Shown here: one piece after another, positions 39,501-54,200 of the stretch
Position numbering within the stretch: the stretch's first letter is position 1
How the letters are laid out: each line of letters opens with the position of its first letter
Assembly (NCBI GenBank): GCA_053919585.1
Contig: CM132820.1
Direction: 5' to 3' (one strand)
DNA from: Euprymna scolopes
Lineage: Eukaryota
Length of the DNA: 64,000 nucleotides
The notes under the pieces: model-generated
Database searches by the model: none
Told to the model about the DNA's origin: nothing
Seen by the model: only the letters and a program-made list of their open reading frames with translations
Made by a program: the position numbers and the translations under genes

Positions 39501-42500
39501 CTACTGCAGCTTTAAGCTTTGTCTCACTACTGCAGCTTTCAGCTTTGTTTCACTACTGCAGCTTTCAGCTTTGGCTCACTACTGCAGCTTTCAGCTTTGG
39601 CTCACTACTGCAGCTTTCAGCTTTGGCTCACTACTGCAGCTTTCAGCTTTGGCTCACTACTGCAGCTTTCAGCTTTGTCTCACTACTGTAGCTTTTAGCT
39701 TTGTCTCACTACTGCAGCTTTCAGCTTTTGCTCACTACTGCAGCTTTCAGCTTTGTCTCACTACTGCTGCTTTCAGCTTTGGCTCACTACTGCAGCTTTA
39801 AGCTTTGGCTCACTACTGCAGCTTTCAGCTTTGTCTCACTACTGCAGCTTTCAGCTTTGTCTCACTACTGCATCTTTCAGCTTTGGCTCACTACTGCAGC
39901 TTTCAGATTTGGCTCACTACTGCAGCTTTCAGCTTTGTCTCACTACTGTAGCTTTCAGCTTTGGCTCACTACTGCAGCTTTAAGCTTTGTCTCACTATTG
40001 TAGCTGTCAGCTTTGTCTCACTACTGCAGCTTTCAGCTTTGGCTCACTACTGCAGCTTTTAGCTTTGTCTCACTACTGCAGCTTTCAGCTTTGGCTCACT
40101 ACTGCAGCTTTCAGCTTTGTCTCACTACTGTAGCTTTAAGCTTTGTCTCACTACTGTAGCTGTCATCTTTGGCTCACTACTGTAGCTTTCAGCTTTGGCT
40201 CACCACTGTAGCTTTCAGCTTAGTCTCACTACTGTAGCTTTCAGCTTTGTCTCACTACTGTAGCTTTCAGCTTTGTCTCACTACTATAGCTTTGAGCTTT
40301 GTCTCACTACTGCAGCTTTCCGCTTTGTCTCACTACTGCAGCTTTCAGCTTTGTCTCACTACTGCAGCTTTCAGCTTTGTCTCACTACAGTAGCTTTCAG
40401 CTTTGTCTCACTACTGTAGCTTTCAGCTTTGTCTCACTACTGCAGCTTTCAGCTTTGTCTCACCACTGTAGCTTTCAGCTTTGTCTCACTACTGCAGCTT
40501 TCAGCTTTGTCTCACTACTGCAGCTTTCAGCTTTGTCTCACTACTGTAGCTTTCAGCTTTGTCTCACTACTGTAGCTTTCAGCTTTGTCTCACTACTGTA
40601 GCTTTCAGCTTTGTCTCACTACTGTAGCTTTCAGCTTTGCTCACTACTGTAGCTTTCAGCTTTGTCTCACTACTGTAGCTTTCAGCTTTGTCTCACTACT
40701 GTAGCTTTCAGCTTTGTCTCACTACTGCAGCTTTCAGCTTTGTCTCACTACTGCAGCTTTCAGCTTTGTCTCACTACTGCAGCTTTCAGCTTTGTCTCAC
40801 TACTGTAGCTTTCAGCTTTGTCTCACTACTGCAGCTTTCAGCTTTGTCTCACTACTGCAGCTTTCAGCTTTGTCTCACTACTGCAGCTTTCAGCTTTGTC
40901 TCACTACTGCAGCTTTCAGCTTTGTCTCACTACTGCAGCTTTCAGCTTTCGCTCACTAGTGCAGCTTTCAGCTTTGTCTCACTACGGCAGCTTTCAGCTT
41001 TGTCTCACTACTGTAGCTTTCAGCTTTGGCACACTACTGTAGCTTTCAGCTTTGGCTAACTACTGCAGCTTTCAGCTTTGGCTCACTACTGCAGCTTTCA
41101 GCTTTGTCTCACTACTGTAGGTTTCAGCTTTGTCTCACTACTGCAGCTTTCAGCTTTGGCTCACTACCGCAGCTTTCAGCTTTGTCTCACTACTGCAGCT
41201 TTCAGCTTTGGCTGACTACTGTAGCTTGCAGCTTTGTCTAACTACTGTAGCTTTCAGCTTTGTCTCACTACTGTAGCTTTCATCTTTGGCTCACTACTGT
41301 AGCTTTCAGCTTTGGCTCACTACTGTAGCTTTCAGCTTTGTCTCACTACTGCAGCTTTCAGCTTTGTCTCACTACTGTAGCTGTCAACTTTGTCTCACTA
41401 CTGTAGCTTTCAGCTTTGGCTCACTACTGTAGCTTTCAGCTTTGTCTCACTACTGTAGCTTTAAGCTTTGTCTCACTACTGCAGCTTTCAGCTTTGTCTC
41501 ACTACTGCAGCTTTCAGCTTTGGCTCACTACTGTAGCTTTCAGCTTTGTCTCACTACTGTAGCTTTCAGCTTTGTATCACTACTGCAGCTTTCAGCTTTG
41601 GCTCACTACTGTAGCTTTCAGCTTTGTCTCACTACTGTAGCTTTCATCTTTGGCTCACTACTGTAGCTTTCAGCTTCGGCTCACTACTGTAGCTTTTAGC
41701 TTTGGCTCACTCCTGTAGCTTTCAGATTTGTCTCACTACTGTAGCTTTCAGCTTTGTCTCACTACTGCAGCTTTCAGCTTTGGCTCACTACTGTAGCTTT
41801 CAGCTTTGTCTCACTACTGTAGCTTTCAGCTTTGTCTCACTAATTCAGCTTTCAGCTTTGGCTCACTACTGTAGCTTTCAGCTTTGTCTCACTACTGTAG
41901 CGTTCATCTTTGGCTCACTACTGTAGCTTTAAGCTTTGGCTCACTACTGTAGCTTTCAGCTTTGTCTATCTACTGTAGCTTTCAGCTTTGTCTCACTACT
42001 GCAGCTTTCAGCTTTGGCTCACTACTGTAGCTTTCAGCTTTGTCTCACTACTGTAGCTTTCAGCTTTGTCTCACTACTGCAGCTTTCAGCTTTGTCTCAC
42101 TACTGTAGCTGTCAGATTTGTCTCACTACTGTAGCTTTCATATTTGGCTCACTACTGCAGCTTTCAGCTTTGGCTCACTACTGTAGCTTTCAGCTTTGTC
42201 TCACTACTGTAGCTTTCAGCTTTGTCTCACTACTGTAGCTTTCAGCTTTGTCTCAATACTGCAGCTTTCAGCTTAGGCTCACTACTGCAGCTTTCAGCTT
42301 TGTCTAAGTACTGCAGCTTTCAGCTTTGTCTCACTACTGCAGCTTTCAGCTTTGTCTCACTACTGTAGCTTTCAGCTTTGTCTCACTACTGTAGCTTTCA
42401 TCTTTGGCTCACTACTGTAGCTTTCAGCTTTGGCTCACTACTGTAGCTTTCAGCTTTGTCTCACTACTGTAGCTTTCAGCTTTGTCTCACTACTGCAGCT

Positions 42501-45500
42501 TTCAGCTTTGTCTCAATACTGTAGCTTTCAGCTTTGTCTCACTACTGTAGCTTTCAGCTTTGTCTCACTACTGCAGCTTTCAGCTTTGTCTCACTACTGT
42601 AGCTTTCAGATTTGTCTCACTACTGTAGCTTTCATCTTTGTCTCACTACTGCAGCTTTCAGCTTTGGCTCACTACTGTAGCTTTCAGCTTTGTCTCACTA
42701 CTGTAGCTTTCAGCTTTGTCTCACTACTGTTGCTTTCAGCTTTGTCTCACTACTGCAGCTTTCAGCTTTGTCTCACTACTGTAGCTTTCAGCTTTGTCTC
42801 ACTAATGTAGCTTTCATCTTTGGCTCACTACTGTAGCTTTCAGCTTTGGCTCACTACTGTAGCTTTCAGCTTTGTCTCACTACTGTAGCTTTCAGCTTTG
42901 TCTCACTACTGTAGTTTTCAGCTTTGTCTCACTACTGCAGCTTTCAGCTTTGTCTCACTACTGCAGCTTTCAGCTTTGTCTCACTACTGCAGCTTTCAGC
43001 TTTGTCTCACTACTATAGCTTTCAGCTTTGGCTCACTACTGCAGCTTTAAGCTTTGGCTCACTACTGCAGCTTTCAGCTTTGGCTCACTACTGCAGCTTT
43101 CAGCTTTGTCTCACTACTGTAGCTTTCAGCTTTGTCTCACTACTACAGCTTTCAGTTTTGGCTCACTACTGCAGCTTTAAGCTTTGGCTCACTTCTGCAG
43201 CTTTCAGCTTTGGCTCACTACTGCAGCTTTCAGATTTTTCTACCTACGCTATCTTTCAGCTTTGTCTCACTACTGTAGCTTTCATCTGTGGCTTACTACT
43301 GTAGCTTTAAGCTTTGGCTCACTACTGTAGCTTTCAGCTTTGTCTCACTACTGTAGCTTTCAGCTTTGTCTCACTACTGTAGCTTTCAGCTTTGGCTCAC
43401 TACTGCAACTTTCAGCTTTGTCTCACTACTTTAGCTTTCAGCTTTGTCTCACTAATGTAGCTTTCAGCTTTGTGTCACTACTGTAGTTTTCAGCTTTGTC
43501 TAACTACTGCAGCTTTCAGCTTTGTCTCACTACTGCAGCTTTCAGCTTTGTCTCACTACTGCAGCTTTCAGCTTTGTCTCACTACTTAGCTTTCAGCTTT
43601 GGCTCACTACTGCAGCTTTCAGCTTTGGCTCACTACTGCAGCTTTCAGCTTTGTCTCACTACTGCAGCTTTCAGCTTTGTCTCACTACTGCAGCTTTCAG
43701 CTTTGTCTCACTACTGCAGCTTTCAGCTTTGTCTCACTACTGCAGCTTTCAGCTTTGTCTACCTACTGTAGCTTTCAGCTTTGGCACACTACTGTAGCTT
43801 TTAGCTTTGTCTCACTACTGCAGCTTTCAGCTTCGGCTCACTACTGCAGCTTTAAGCTTTGTCTCACTACTGTAGCTTTCAGCTTTGTCTCACTACTGCA
43901 GCTTTAAGCTTTTGCTCACTACTGCAGCTTTCAGCTTTGTCTCACTACTGCAGCTTTCAGCTTTGGCTTACTACTGCAGCTTTCAGCTTTGTCTCACTAC
44001 TGTAGCTTTCAGCTTTGTCTCACTACTGTAGCTTTCAGCTTTGGCTCACTACTGTAGCTTTCAGCTTTGTCTCACTACTGTAGCTTTCAGCTTTGGCTCA
44101 CTACTGCAGCTTTCAGCTTTGTCTCACTACTGTAGCTTTCAGCTTTGTCTAACTACTGTAGCTTTCAGCTTTGTCTCATTACTGCAGCTTTCAGCTTTGT
44201 CTCACTACTGCAGCGTTCAGCTTTTTCTCACTACTGCAGCTTTCAGCTTTGTCTCACTACTGTAGCTTTCAGCTTTGGCTCACTACTGCAGCTTTCAGCT
44301 TTGTCTCACTACTGCAGCTTTCAGCTTTGTCTCACTACTGCAGCTTTCAGCTTTGTCTCACTACTGCAGCTTTAAGCTTTGTCTCACTACTGCAGCTTTC
44401 AGCTTTGTCTCACTACTGCAGCTTTCAGCTTTGGCTCACTACTGCAGCTTTCAGCTTTGGCTCACTACTGCAGCTTTCAGCTTTGGCTCACTACTGCAGC
44501 TTTCAGCTTTGGCTCACTACTGCAGCTTTCAGCTTTGTCTCACTACTGTAGCTTTTAGCTTTGTCTCACTACTGCAGCTTTCAGCTTTGGCTCACTACTG
44601 CAGCTTTCAGCTTTGTCTCACTACTGCAGCTTTAAGCTTTGGCTCACTACTGCAGCTTTAAGCTTTGGCTCACTACTGCAGCTTTCAGCTTTGTCTCACT
44701 ACTGCAGCTTTCAGCTTTGTCTCACTACTGCATCTTTCAGCTTTGGCTCACTACTGCAGCTTTCAGCTTTGGCTCACTACTGCAGCTTTCAGCTTTGTCT
44801 CACTACTGTAGCTTTCAGCTTTGGCTCACTACTGCAGCTTTAAGCTTTGTCTCACTATTGTAGCTGTCAGCTTTGTCTCACTACTGCAGCTTTCAGCTTT
44901 GGCTCACTACTGCAGCTTTTAGCTTTGTCTCACTACTGCAGCTTTCAGCTTTGGCTCACTACTGCAGCTTTCAGCTTTGTCTCACTACTGTAGCTTTAAG
45001 CTTTGTCTCACTACTGTAGCTGTCATCTTTGGCTCACTACTGTAGCTTTCAGCTTTGGCTCACCACGTTAGCTTTCAGCTTTGTCTCACTACTGTAGCTT
45101 TCAGCTTTGTCTCACTACTGTAGCTTTCAGCTTTGTCTCACTACTATAGCTTTGAGCTTTGTCTCACTACTGCAGCTTTCCGCTTTGTCTCACTACTGCA
45201 GCTTTCAGCTTTGTCTCACTACTGCAGCTTTCAGCTTTGTCTCACTACAGTAGCTTTCAGCTTTGTCTCACTACTGCAGCTTTCAGCTTTGTCTCACTAC
45301 TGCAGCTTTCAGCTTTGTCTCACTACTGTAGCTTTCAGCTTTGTCTCACTACTGCAGCTTTCAGCTTTGTCTCACTACTGCCGCTTTCAGCTTTGTCTCA
45401 CTACTGTAGCTTTCAGCTTTGTCTCACTACTGTAGCTTTCAGCTTTGTCTCACTACTGTAGCTTTCAGCTTTGTCTCACTACTGTAGCTTTCAGCTTTGC

Positions 45501-47170
45501 TCACTACTGTAGCTTTCAGCTTTGTCTCACTACTGTAGCTTTCAGCTTTGTCTCACTACTGTAGCTTTCAGCTTTGTCTCACTACTGCAGCTTTCAGCTT
45601 TGTCTCACTACTGCAGCTTTCAGCTTTGTCTCACTACTGCATCTTTCAGCTTTGGCTCACTACTGCAGCTTTCAGCTTTGGCTCACTACTGCAGCTTTCA
45701 GCTTTGTCTCACTACTGTAGCTTTCAGCTTTGGCTCACTACTGCAGCTTTAAGCTTTGTCTCACTATTGTAGCTGTCAGCTTTGTCTCACTACTGCAGCT
45801 TTCAGCTTTGGCTCACTACTGCAGCTTTTAGCTTTGTCTCACTACTGCAGCTTTCAGCTTTGGCTCACTACTGCAGCTTTCAGCTTTGTCTCACTACTGT
45901 AGCTTTAAGCTTTGTCTCACTACTGTAGCTGTCATCTTTGGCTCACTACTGTAGCTTTCAGCTTTGGCTCACCACTGTAGCTTTCAGCTTTGTCTCACTA
46001 CTGTAGCTTTCAGCTTTGTCTCACTACTGTAGCTTTCAGCTTTGTCTCACTACTATAGCTTTGAGCTTTGTCTCACTACTGCAGCTTTCCGCTTTGTCTC
46101 ACTACTGCAGCTTTCAGCTTTGTCTCACTACTGCAGCTTTCAGCTTTGTCTCACTACAGTAGCTTTCAGCTTTGTCTCACTACTGCAGCTTTCAGCTTTG
46201 TCTCACTACTGCAGCTTTCAGCTTTGTCTCACTACTGTAGCTTTCAGCTTTGTCTCACTACTGCAGCTTTCAGCTTTGTCTCACTACTGCCGCTTTCAGC
46301 TTTGTCTCACTACTGTAGCTTTCAGCTTTGTCTCACTACTGTAGCTTTAAGCTTTGTCTCACTACTGTAGCTTTTAGCTTTGTCTCACTACTGTAGCTTT
46401 CAGCTTTGCTCACTACTGTAGCTTTCAGCTTTGTCTCACTACTGTAGCTTTCAGCTTTGTCTCACTACTGTAGCTTTCAGCTTTGTCTCACTACTGCAGC
46501 TTTCAGCTTTGTCTCACTACTGCAGCTTTCAGCTTTGTCTCACTACTGCAGCTTTCAGCTTTGTCTCACTACTGTAGCTTTCAGCTTTGTCTCACTACTG
46601 CAGCTTTCAGCTTTGTCTCACTACTGCAGCTTTCAGCTTTGTCTCACTACTGCAGCTTTCAGCTTTGTCTCACTACTGCAGCTTTCAGCTTTGTCTCACT
46701 ACTGCAGCTTTCAGCTTTCGCTCACTAGTGCAGCTTTCAGCTTTGTCTCACTACTGCAGCTTTCAGCTTTGTCTCACTACTGTAGCTTTCAGCTTTGGCA
46801 CACTACTGTAGCTTTCAGCTTTGGCTAACTACTGCAGCTTTCAGCTTTGGCTCACTACTGCAGCTTTCAGCTTTGTCTCACTACTGTAGGTTTCAGCTTT
46901 GTCTCACTACTGCAGCTTTCAGCTTTGGCTCACAACCGCAGCTTTCAGCTTTGTCTCACTACTGCAGCTTTCAGCTTTGGCTGACTACTGCAGCTTGCAG
47001 CTTTGTCTAACTACTGTAGCTTTCAGCTTTGTCTCACTACTGTAGCTTTCATCTTTGGCTCACTACTGTAGCTTTCAGCTTTGGCTCACTACTGTAGCTT
47101 TCAGCTTTGTCTCACTACTGCAGCTTTCAGCTTTGTCTCACTACTGTAGCTGTCAACTTTGTCTCACTAC
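36535..47170 (+). repeat. Tandem higher-order duplication, period 4860 bp (187 monomers minus 2 bp), with a nested 909-bp duplication in copy 2
   Basis: Marker tacctacgctatc at 38381/43241 (4860). tgcatctt at 44731/45640 (909 = 35 x 26 - 1). tttcgctcactagtg at 40950/46719 (5769 = 4860 + 909). Confidence 0.92.
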
Positions 47171-50100
47171 TGCAGCTTTCAGCTTTGGCTCACTACTGCA
47201 GCTTTCAGCTTTGTCTCACTACTGCAGCTTTCAGCTTTGGCTCACTACTGCAGCTTTCAGCTTTGTCTCACTACTGTAGCTTTCAGCTTTTTCTCACTAC
47301 TGTAGCTTTCATCTTTGGCTCACTACTGTAGCTTTCAGCTTTGTCTCACTACTGTAGCTTTCAGCTTTGTCTCACTACTGTAGCTTTCAGCTTTGTCTCA
47401 CTACTGCAGCTTTCAGCTTTTGCTCACTACTGCAGCTTTCAGCTTTGTCTCACTACTGTAGCTTTCAGCTTTGTCTCACTACTGTAGCTTTCAGCTTTGT
47501 CTCACTACTGCAGCTTTCAGCTTTGTCTCACTACTGCAGCTTTCAGCTTTGTCTCACTACTGCAGCTTTCAGCTTTGGCTCACTACTGCAGCTTTCAGCT
47601 TTGGCTCACTACTGCAGCTTTCAGCTTTGTCTCACTACTGTAGCTTTCAGCTTTGGCACACTACTGTAGCTTTCAGCTTTGTGTCACTACTGCAGCTTTC
47701 AGCTTTGGCTCACTACTGCAGCTTTCAGCTTTGTCTCACTACTGTAGGTTTCAGCTTTGTCTCACTACTGCAGATTTCAGCTTTGGCTCACTACTGCAGC
47801 TTTCAGCTTTGTCTCACTACTGAAGCTTTCAGCTTTGGCTCACTACTGCAGCTTGCAGCTTTGTCTAAATACTGTAGCTTTCAGCTTTGTCTCACTACTG
47901 TAGCTTTCATCTTTGGCTCACTACTGTAGCTTTCAGCTTTGGCTCACTACTGTAGCTTTCAGCTTTGTCTCACTACTGCGGCTTTCAGCTTTGTCTCACT
48001 ACTGTAGCTGTCAGCTTTGTCTCACTACTGCAGCTTTCAGCTTTGGCTCACTACTGCAGCTTTCAGCTTTGTCTCACTACTGCAGCTTTAAGCTTTGGCT
48101 CACTACTGCAGCTTTCAGCTTTGTCTCACTACTGTAGCTTTCAGCTTTGTCTCACAACTGTAGCTTTCATCTTTGGCTCACTACTGTTGCTTTCAGCTTT
48201 GGCTCACTACTGTAGCTTTCAGCTTTGTCTCACTACTGTAGCTTTCAGCTTTGTCTCACTACTGCAGCTTTCAGCTTTGGCTCACTACTGCAGCTTTCAG
48301 CTTTGTCTCACTACTGTAGCTTTCAGCTTTGTCTCACTACTGTAGCTTTCAGCTTTGTCTCACTACTGCAGCTTTCAGCTTTGTCTCACTACTGCAGCTT
48401 TCAGCTTTGTCTCACTACTGCAGCTTTCAGCTTTGTCTCACTACTGCAACTTTCAGCTTTGTCTCACTACTGTAGCTTTCAGCTTTGTCTCACTACTGTA
48501 GCTTTAAACTTTGTCTCACTACTGCAGCTTTCAGCTTTGGCTCACTACTGCAGCTTTCAGCTTTGTCTCACTACTGAGGCTTTCAGCTTTGTCTCACTAC
48601 TGTAGCTTTCAGCTTTGCTCACTACTGTAGCTTTCAGCTTTGGCTCACTACTGTAGCTTTCAGCTTTGTCTCACTACTGTAGCTTTCAGCTTTGTCTCAC
48701 TACTGTAGCTTTCAGCTTTGTCTCACTACTGTAGCTTTCAGCTTTGCTCACTACTGTAGCTTTCAACTTTGTCTCACTACTGTAGCTTTCAGCTTGGTCT
48801 CACTACTGTAGCTTTCAGCTTTGTCTCACTACTGCAGCTTTCAGCTTTGTCTCACTACTGCAGCTTTCAGCTTTGTCTCACTACTGCAGCTTTCAGCTTT
48901 GTCTCACTACTGTAGCTTTCAGCTTTGTCTCACTACTGCAGCTTTCAGCTTTGTCTCACTACTGCAGCTTTCAGCTTTGTCTCACTACTGCAGCTTTCAG
49001 CTTTGTCTCACTACTGCAGCTTTCAGCTTTGTCTCACTACTGCAGCTTTCAGCTTTCGCTCACTAGTGCAGCTTTCAGCTTTGTCTCACTACTGCAGCTT
49101 TCAGCTTTGTCTCACTACTGTAGCTTTCAGCTTTGGCACACTACTGTAGCTTTCAGCTTTGGCTAACTACTGCAGCTTTCAGCTTTGGCTCACTACTGCA
49201 GCTTTCAGCTTTGTCTCACTACTGTAGGTTTCAGCTTTGTCTCACTACTGCAGCTTTCAGCTTTGTCTCACTACTGCAGCTTTCAGCTTTGTCTCACTAC
49301 TGCAGCTTTCAGCTTTGGCTGACTACTGCAGCTTGCAGCTTTGTCTAACTACTGTAGCTTTCAGCTTTGTCTCACTACTGTAGCTTTCATCTTTGGCTCA
49401 CTACTGTAGCTTTCAGCTTTGGCTCACTACTGTAGCTTTCAGCTTTGTCTCACTACTGCAGCTTTCAGCTTTGTCTCACTACTGTAGCTGTCAGCTTTGT
49501 CTCACTACTGCAGCTTTCAGCTTTGGCTCACTACTGCAGCTTTCAGCTTTGTCTCACTACTGCAGCTTTCAGCTTTGGCTCACTACTGCAGCTTTCAGCT
49601 TTGTCTCACTACTGTAGCTTTCAGCTTTTTCTCACTACTGTAGCTTTCATCTTTGGCTCACTACTGTAGCTTTCAGCTTTGTCTCACTACTGTAGCTTTC
49701 AGCTTTGTCTCACTACTGTAGCTTTCAGCTTTGTCTCACTACTGCAGCTTTCAGCTTTTGCTCACTACTGCAGCTTTCAGCTTTGTCTCACTACTGTAGC
49801 TTTCAGCTTTGTCTCACTACTGTAGCTTTCAGCTTTGTCTCACTACTGCAGCTTTCAGCTTTGTCTCACTACTGCAGCTTTCAGCTTTGTCTCACTACTG
49901 CAGCTTTCAGCTTTGGCTCACTACTGCAGCTTTCAGCTTTGGCTCACTACTGCAGCTTTCAGCTTTGTCTCACTACTGTAGCTTTCAGCTTTGGCACACT
50001 ACTGTAGCTTTCAGCTTTGTCTCACTACTGCAGCTTTCAGCTTTGGCTCACTACTGCAGCTTTCAGCTTTGTCTCACTACTGTAGGTTTCAGCTTTGTCT

Positions 50101-53100
50101 CACTACTGCAGATTTCAGCTTTGGCTCACTACTGCAGCTTTCAGCTTTGTCTCACTACTGAAGCTTTCAGCTTTGGCTCACTACTGCAGCTTGCAGCTTT
50201 GTCTCACTACTGTAGCTTTCAGCTTTGTCTCACTACTGTAGCTTTCATCTTTGGCTCACTACTGTAGCTTTCAGCTTTGGCTCACTACTGTAGCTTTCAG
50301 CTTTGTCTCACTACTGCAGCTTTCAGCTTTGTCTCACTACTGTAGCTGTCAGCTTTGTCTCACTACTGCAGCTTTCAGCTTTGGCTCACTACTGCAGCTT
50401 TCAGCTTTGTCTCACTACTGCAGCTTTAAGCTTTGGCTCACTACTGCAGCTTTCAGCTTTGTCTCACTACTGTAGCTTTCAGCTTTGTCTCACTACTGTA
50501 GCTTTCATCTTTGGCTCACTACTGTTGCTTTCAGCTTTGGCTCACTACTGTAGCTTTCAGCTTTGTCTCACTACTGTAGCTTTCAGCTTTGTCTCACTAC
50601 TGCAGCTTTCAGCTTTGGCTCACTACTGCAGCTTTCAGCTTTGTCTCACTACTGTAGCTTTCAGCTTTGTCTCACTACTGTAGCTTTCAGCTTTGTCTCA
50701 CTACTGCAGCTTTCAGCTTTGTCTCACTACTGCAGCTTTCAGCTTTGTCTCACTACTGCAGCTTTCAGCTTTGTCTCACTACTGCAACTTTCAGCTTTGT
50801 CTCACTACTGTAGCTTTCAGCTTTGTCTCACTACTGTAGCTTTCAGCTTTGTCTCACTACTGCAGCTTTCAGCTTTGGCTCACTACTGCAGCTTTCAGCT
50901 TTGTCTCACTACTGAGGCTTTCAGCTTTGTCTCACTACTGTAGCTTTCAGCTTTGCTCACTACTGTAGCTTTCAGCTTTGGCTCACTACTGTAGCTTTCA
51001 GCTTTGGCTCACTACTGTAGCTTTCAGCTTTGTCTCACTACTGTAGCTTTCAGCTTTGTCTCACTACTGTAACTTTCAGCTTTGTCTCACTACTGCAGCT
51101 TTCAGCTTTTTCTCACTACTGCAGCTTTCAGCTTTGTCCCACTACTGCAGCTTTCAGCTTTGTCTCACTACTGTAGCTTTCAGCTTTGTCTCACTACTGC
51201 AGTTTTCAGCTTTTGCTCACTACTGCAGCTTTAAGCTTTGGCTCACTACTGCAGCTTTCAGCTTTGTCTCACTACTGCAGCTTTCAGCTTTGTCTCACTA
51301 CTGCAGCTTTCAGCTTTGTCTCACTACTGAAGCTTTCAGCTTTGTCTCACTACTGTAGCTTTCAGCTTTGGCACACTACTGTAGCTTTCAGCTTTGGCTC
51401 ACTACTGCAGCTCTCAGCTTTGGCTCACTACTGCAGCTTTCAGCTTTTTCTCACTACTGTAGCTTTCAGCTTTGTCTCACTACTGCAGCTTTCAGCTTTG
51501 GCTCGCTACTGCAGCTTTCAGCTTTGTCTCACTACTGCAGCTTTCAGCTTTGGCTCACTACTGCAGCTTTCAGCTTTGTCTCACTACTGTAGCTTTCAGC
51601 TTTGTCTCACTACTGTAGCTTTCATCTTTGGCTCACTACTGTAGCTTTCAGCTTTGGCTCACTACTGTAGCTTTCAGCTTTGTCTCACTACTGTAGCTTT
51701 CAGCTTTGGCTCACTACTGCAGCTTTCAGCTTTGTCTCACTACTGTAGCTTTCAGCTTTGTCTCACTACTGTAGCTTTCAGCTTTGGCTCACTACTGTAG
51801 CTTTCAGCTTTGTCTCACTACTGTAGCTTTCAGCTTTGTCTCACTACTGTAGCTTTCAGCTTTGTCTCACTACTGTAGCTTTCAGCTTTGTCTCACTACT
51901 GCAGCTTTCAGCTTTGTCTCACTACTGCAGCTTTCAGCTTTGTCTCACTACTGCAGCTTTCAGCTTTGTCTCACTACAGTAGCTTTCAGCTTTGTCTCAC
52001 TACTGTAGCTTTCAGCTTTGTCTCACTACTGCAGCTTTCAGCTTTGTCTCACTACTGTAGCTTTCAGCTTTGTCTCACTAATGCAGCTTGAAGCTTTGTC
52101 TCACTACTGCAGCTTTCAGCTTTGTCTCACTACTGTAGCTTTCAGCTTTGTCTCACTACTGTAGCTTTCAGCTTTGTCTCACTACTGTAGCTTTCAGCTT
52201 TGTCTCACTACTGCAGCTTTCAGCTTTGGCTCACTACTTTAGCTTTCAGCTTTGTCTCACTACTGTAGCTTTCAGCTTTGTCTCACTACTGTAGCTTTCA
52301 GCTTTTTCTCACTACTGCAGCTTTCAGCTTTGTCTCACAACTGCAGCTTTCAGCTTTGTCTCACTACTGTAGCTTTCAGCTTTGTCTCACTACTGCAGCT
52401 TTCAGCTTTGGCTCACTACTGCAGATTGCAGCTTTGGCTCACTACTGCAGCTTTCAGCTTTGTCTCACTACTGCAGCTTTCAGCTTTGTCTCACTACTGC
52501 AGCTTTCAGCTTTGGCTCACTACTGCAGCTTTCAGCTTTGTCTCACTACTGCAGCTTTCAGCTTTGTCTCACTACTGTAGCTTTCAGCTTTGGCACACTA
52601 CTGTAGCTTTCAGCTTTGTCTCACTACTGCAGCTTTCAGCTTTGGCTCACTACTGCGGCTTTCAGCTTTGTCTCACTACTGTAGGTTTCAGCTTTGTCTC
52701 ACTACTGCAGCTTTCAGCTTTGGCTCACTACTGCAGCTTTCAGCTTTGTCTCACTACTGAAGCTTTCAGCTTTGGCTCACTACTGCAGCTTGCAGCTTTG
52801 TCTAAATACTGTAGCTTTCAGCTTTGTCTCACTACTGTAGCTTTCATCTTTGGCTCACTACTGTAGCTTTCAGCTTTGGCTCACTACTGTAGCTTTCAGC
52901 TTTGTCTCACTACTGCAGCTTTCAGCTTTGTCTCACTACTGTAGCTGTCAGCTTTGTCTCACTACTGCAGCTTTCAGCTTTGGCTCACTACTGCAGCTTT
53001 CAGCTTTGTCTCACTACTGCAGCTTTAAGCTTTGGCTCACTACTGCAGCTTTCAGCTTTGTCTCACTACTGTAGCTTTCAGCTTTGTCTCACTACTGTAG

Positions 53101-54200
53101 CTTTCATCTTTGGCTCACTACTGTAGCTTTCAGCTTTGGCTCACTACTGTAGCTTTCAGCTTTGTCTCACTACTGTAGCTTTCAGCTTTGTCTCACTACT
53201 GCAGCTTTCAGCTTTGGCTCACTTCTGCAGCTTTCAGCTTTGTCTCACTACTGTAGCTTTCAGCTTTGTCTCACTACTGTAGCTTTCAGCTTTGTCTCAC
53301 TACTGCAGCTTTCAGCTTTGTCTCACTACTGCAGCTTTCAGCTTTGTCTCACTACTGCAACTTTCAGCTTTGTCTCACTACTGTAGCTTTCAGCTTTGTC
53401 TCACTACTGTAGATTTCAGCTTTGTCTCACTACTGCAGCTTTCAGCTTTGGCTCACTACTGCAGCTTTCAGCTTTGTCTCACTACTGAGGCTTTCAGCTT
53501 TGTCTCACTACTGTAGCTTGCAGCTTTGTCTCACTACTGTAGCTTTCAGCTTTGGCTCACTACTGTAGCTTTCAGCTTTGGCTCACTACTGTAGCTTTCA
53601 GCTTTGTCTCACTACTGCAGCTTTCAGCTTTGTCTCACTACTGTAGCTTTCAGCTTTGTCTCACTACTGCAGTTTTCAGCTTTTGCTCACTACTGCAGCT
53701 TTCAGCTTTGGCTCACTACTGCAGCTTTCAGCTTTTTCTCACTACTGCAGCTTTCAGCTTTGTCTCACTACTGCAGCTTTCAGCTTTGGCTCACTACTGC
53801 AGCTTTCAGCTTTGTCTCACTACTGCAGCTTTCAGCTTTGTCTCACTACTGTAGCTTTCAGCTTTGGCACACTACTGTAGCTTTCAGCTTTGGCTCACTA
53901 CTGCAGCTCTCAGCTTTGGCTCACTACTGCAGCTTTCAGCTTTTTCTCACTACTGTAGCTTTCAGCTTTGTCTCACTACTGAAGCTTTCAGCTTTGGCTC
54001 GCTACTGCAGCTTTCAGCTTTGTCTCACTACTGCAGCTTTCAGCTTTGGCTCACTACTGCAGCTTTCAGCTTTGTCTCACTACTGTAGCTTTCAGCTTTG
54101 TCTCACTACTGTAGCTTTCATCTTTGGCTCACTACTGTAGCTTTCAGCTTTGGCTCACTACTGTAGCTTTCAGCTTTGTCTCACTACTGTAGCTTTCAGC
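46390..54200 (+). repeat. Higher-order duplication, period 2338 bp (90 monomers minus 2 bp), plus a third more diverged copy offset by ~2.5-2.6 kb
   Basis: Marker tttcgctcactagtg at 46719/49057. actgagg at 48575/50913/53486 (offsets 2338 and 2573). ORF pairs 47471/49809 and 50251/52850. Confidence 0.85.
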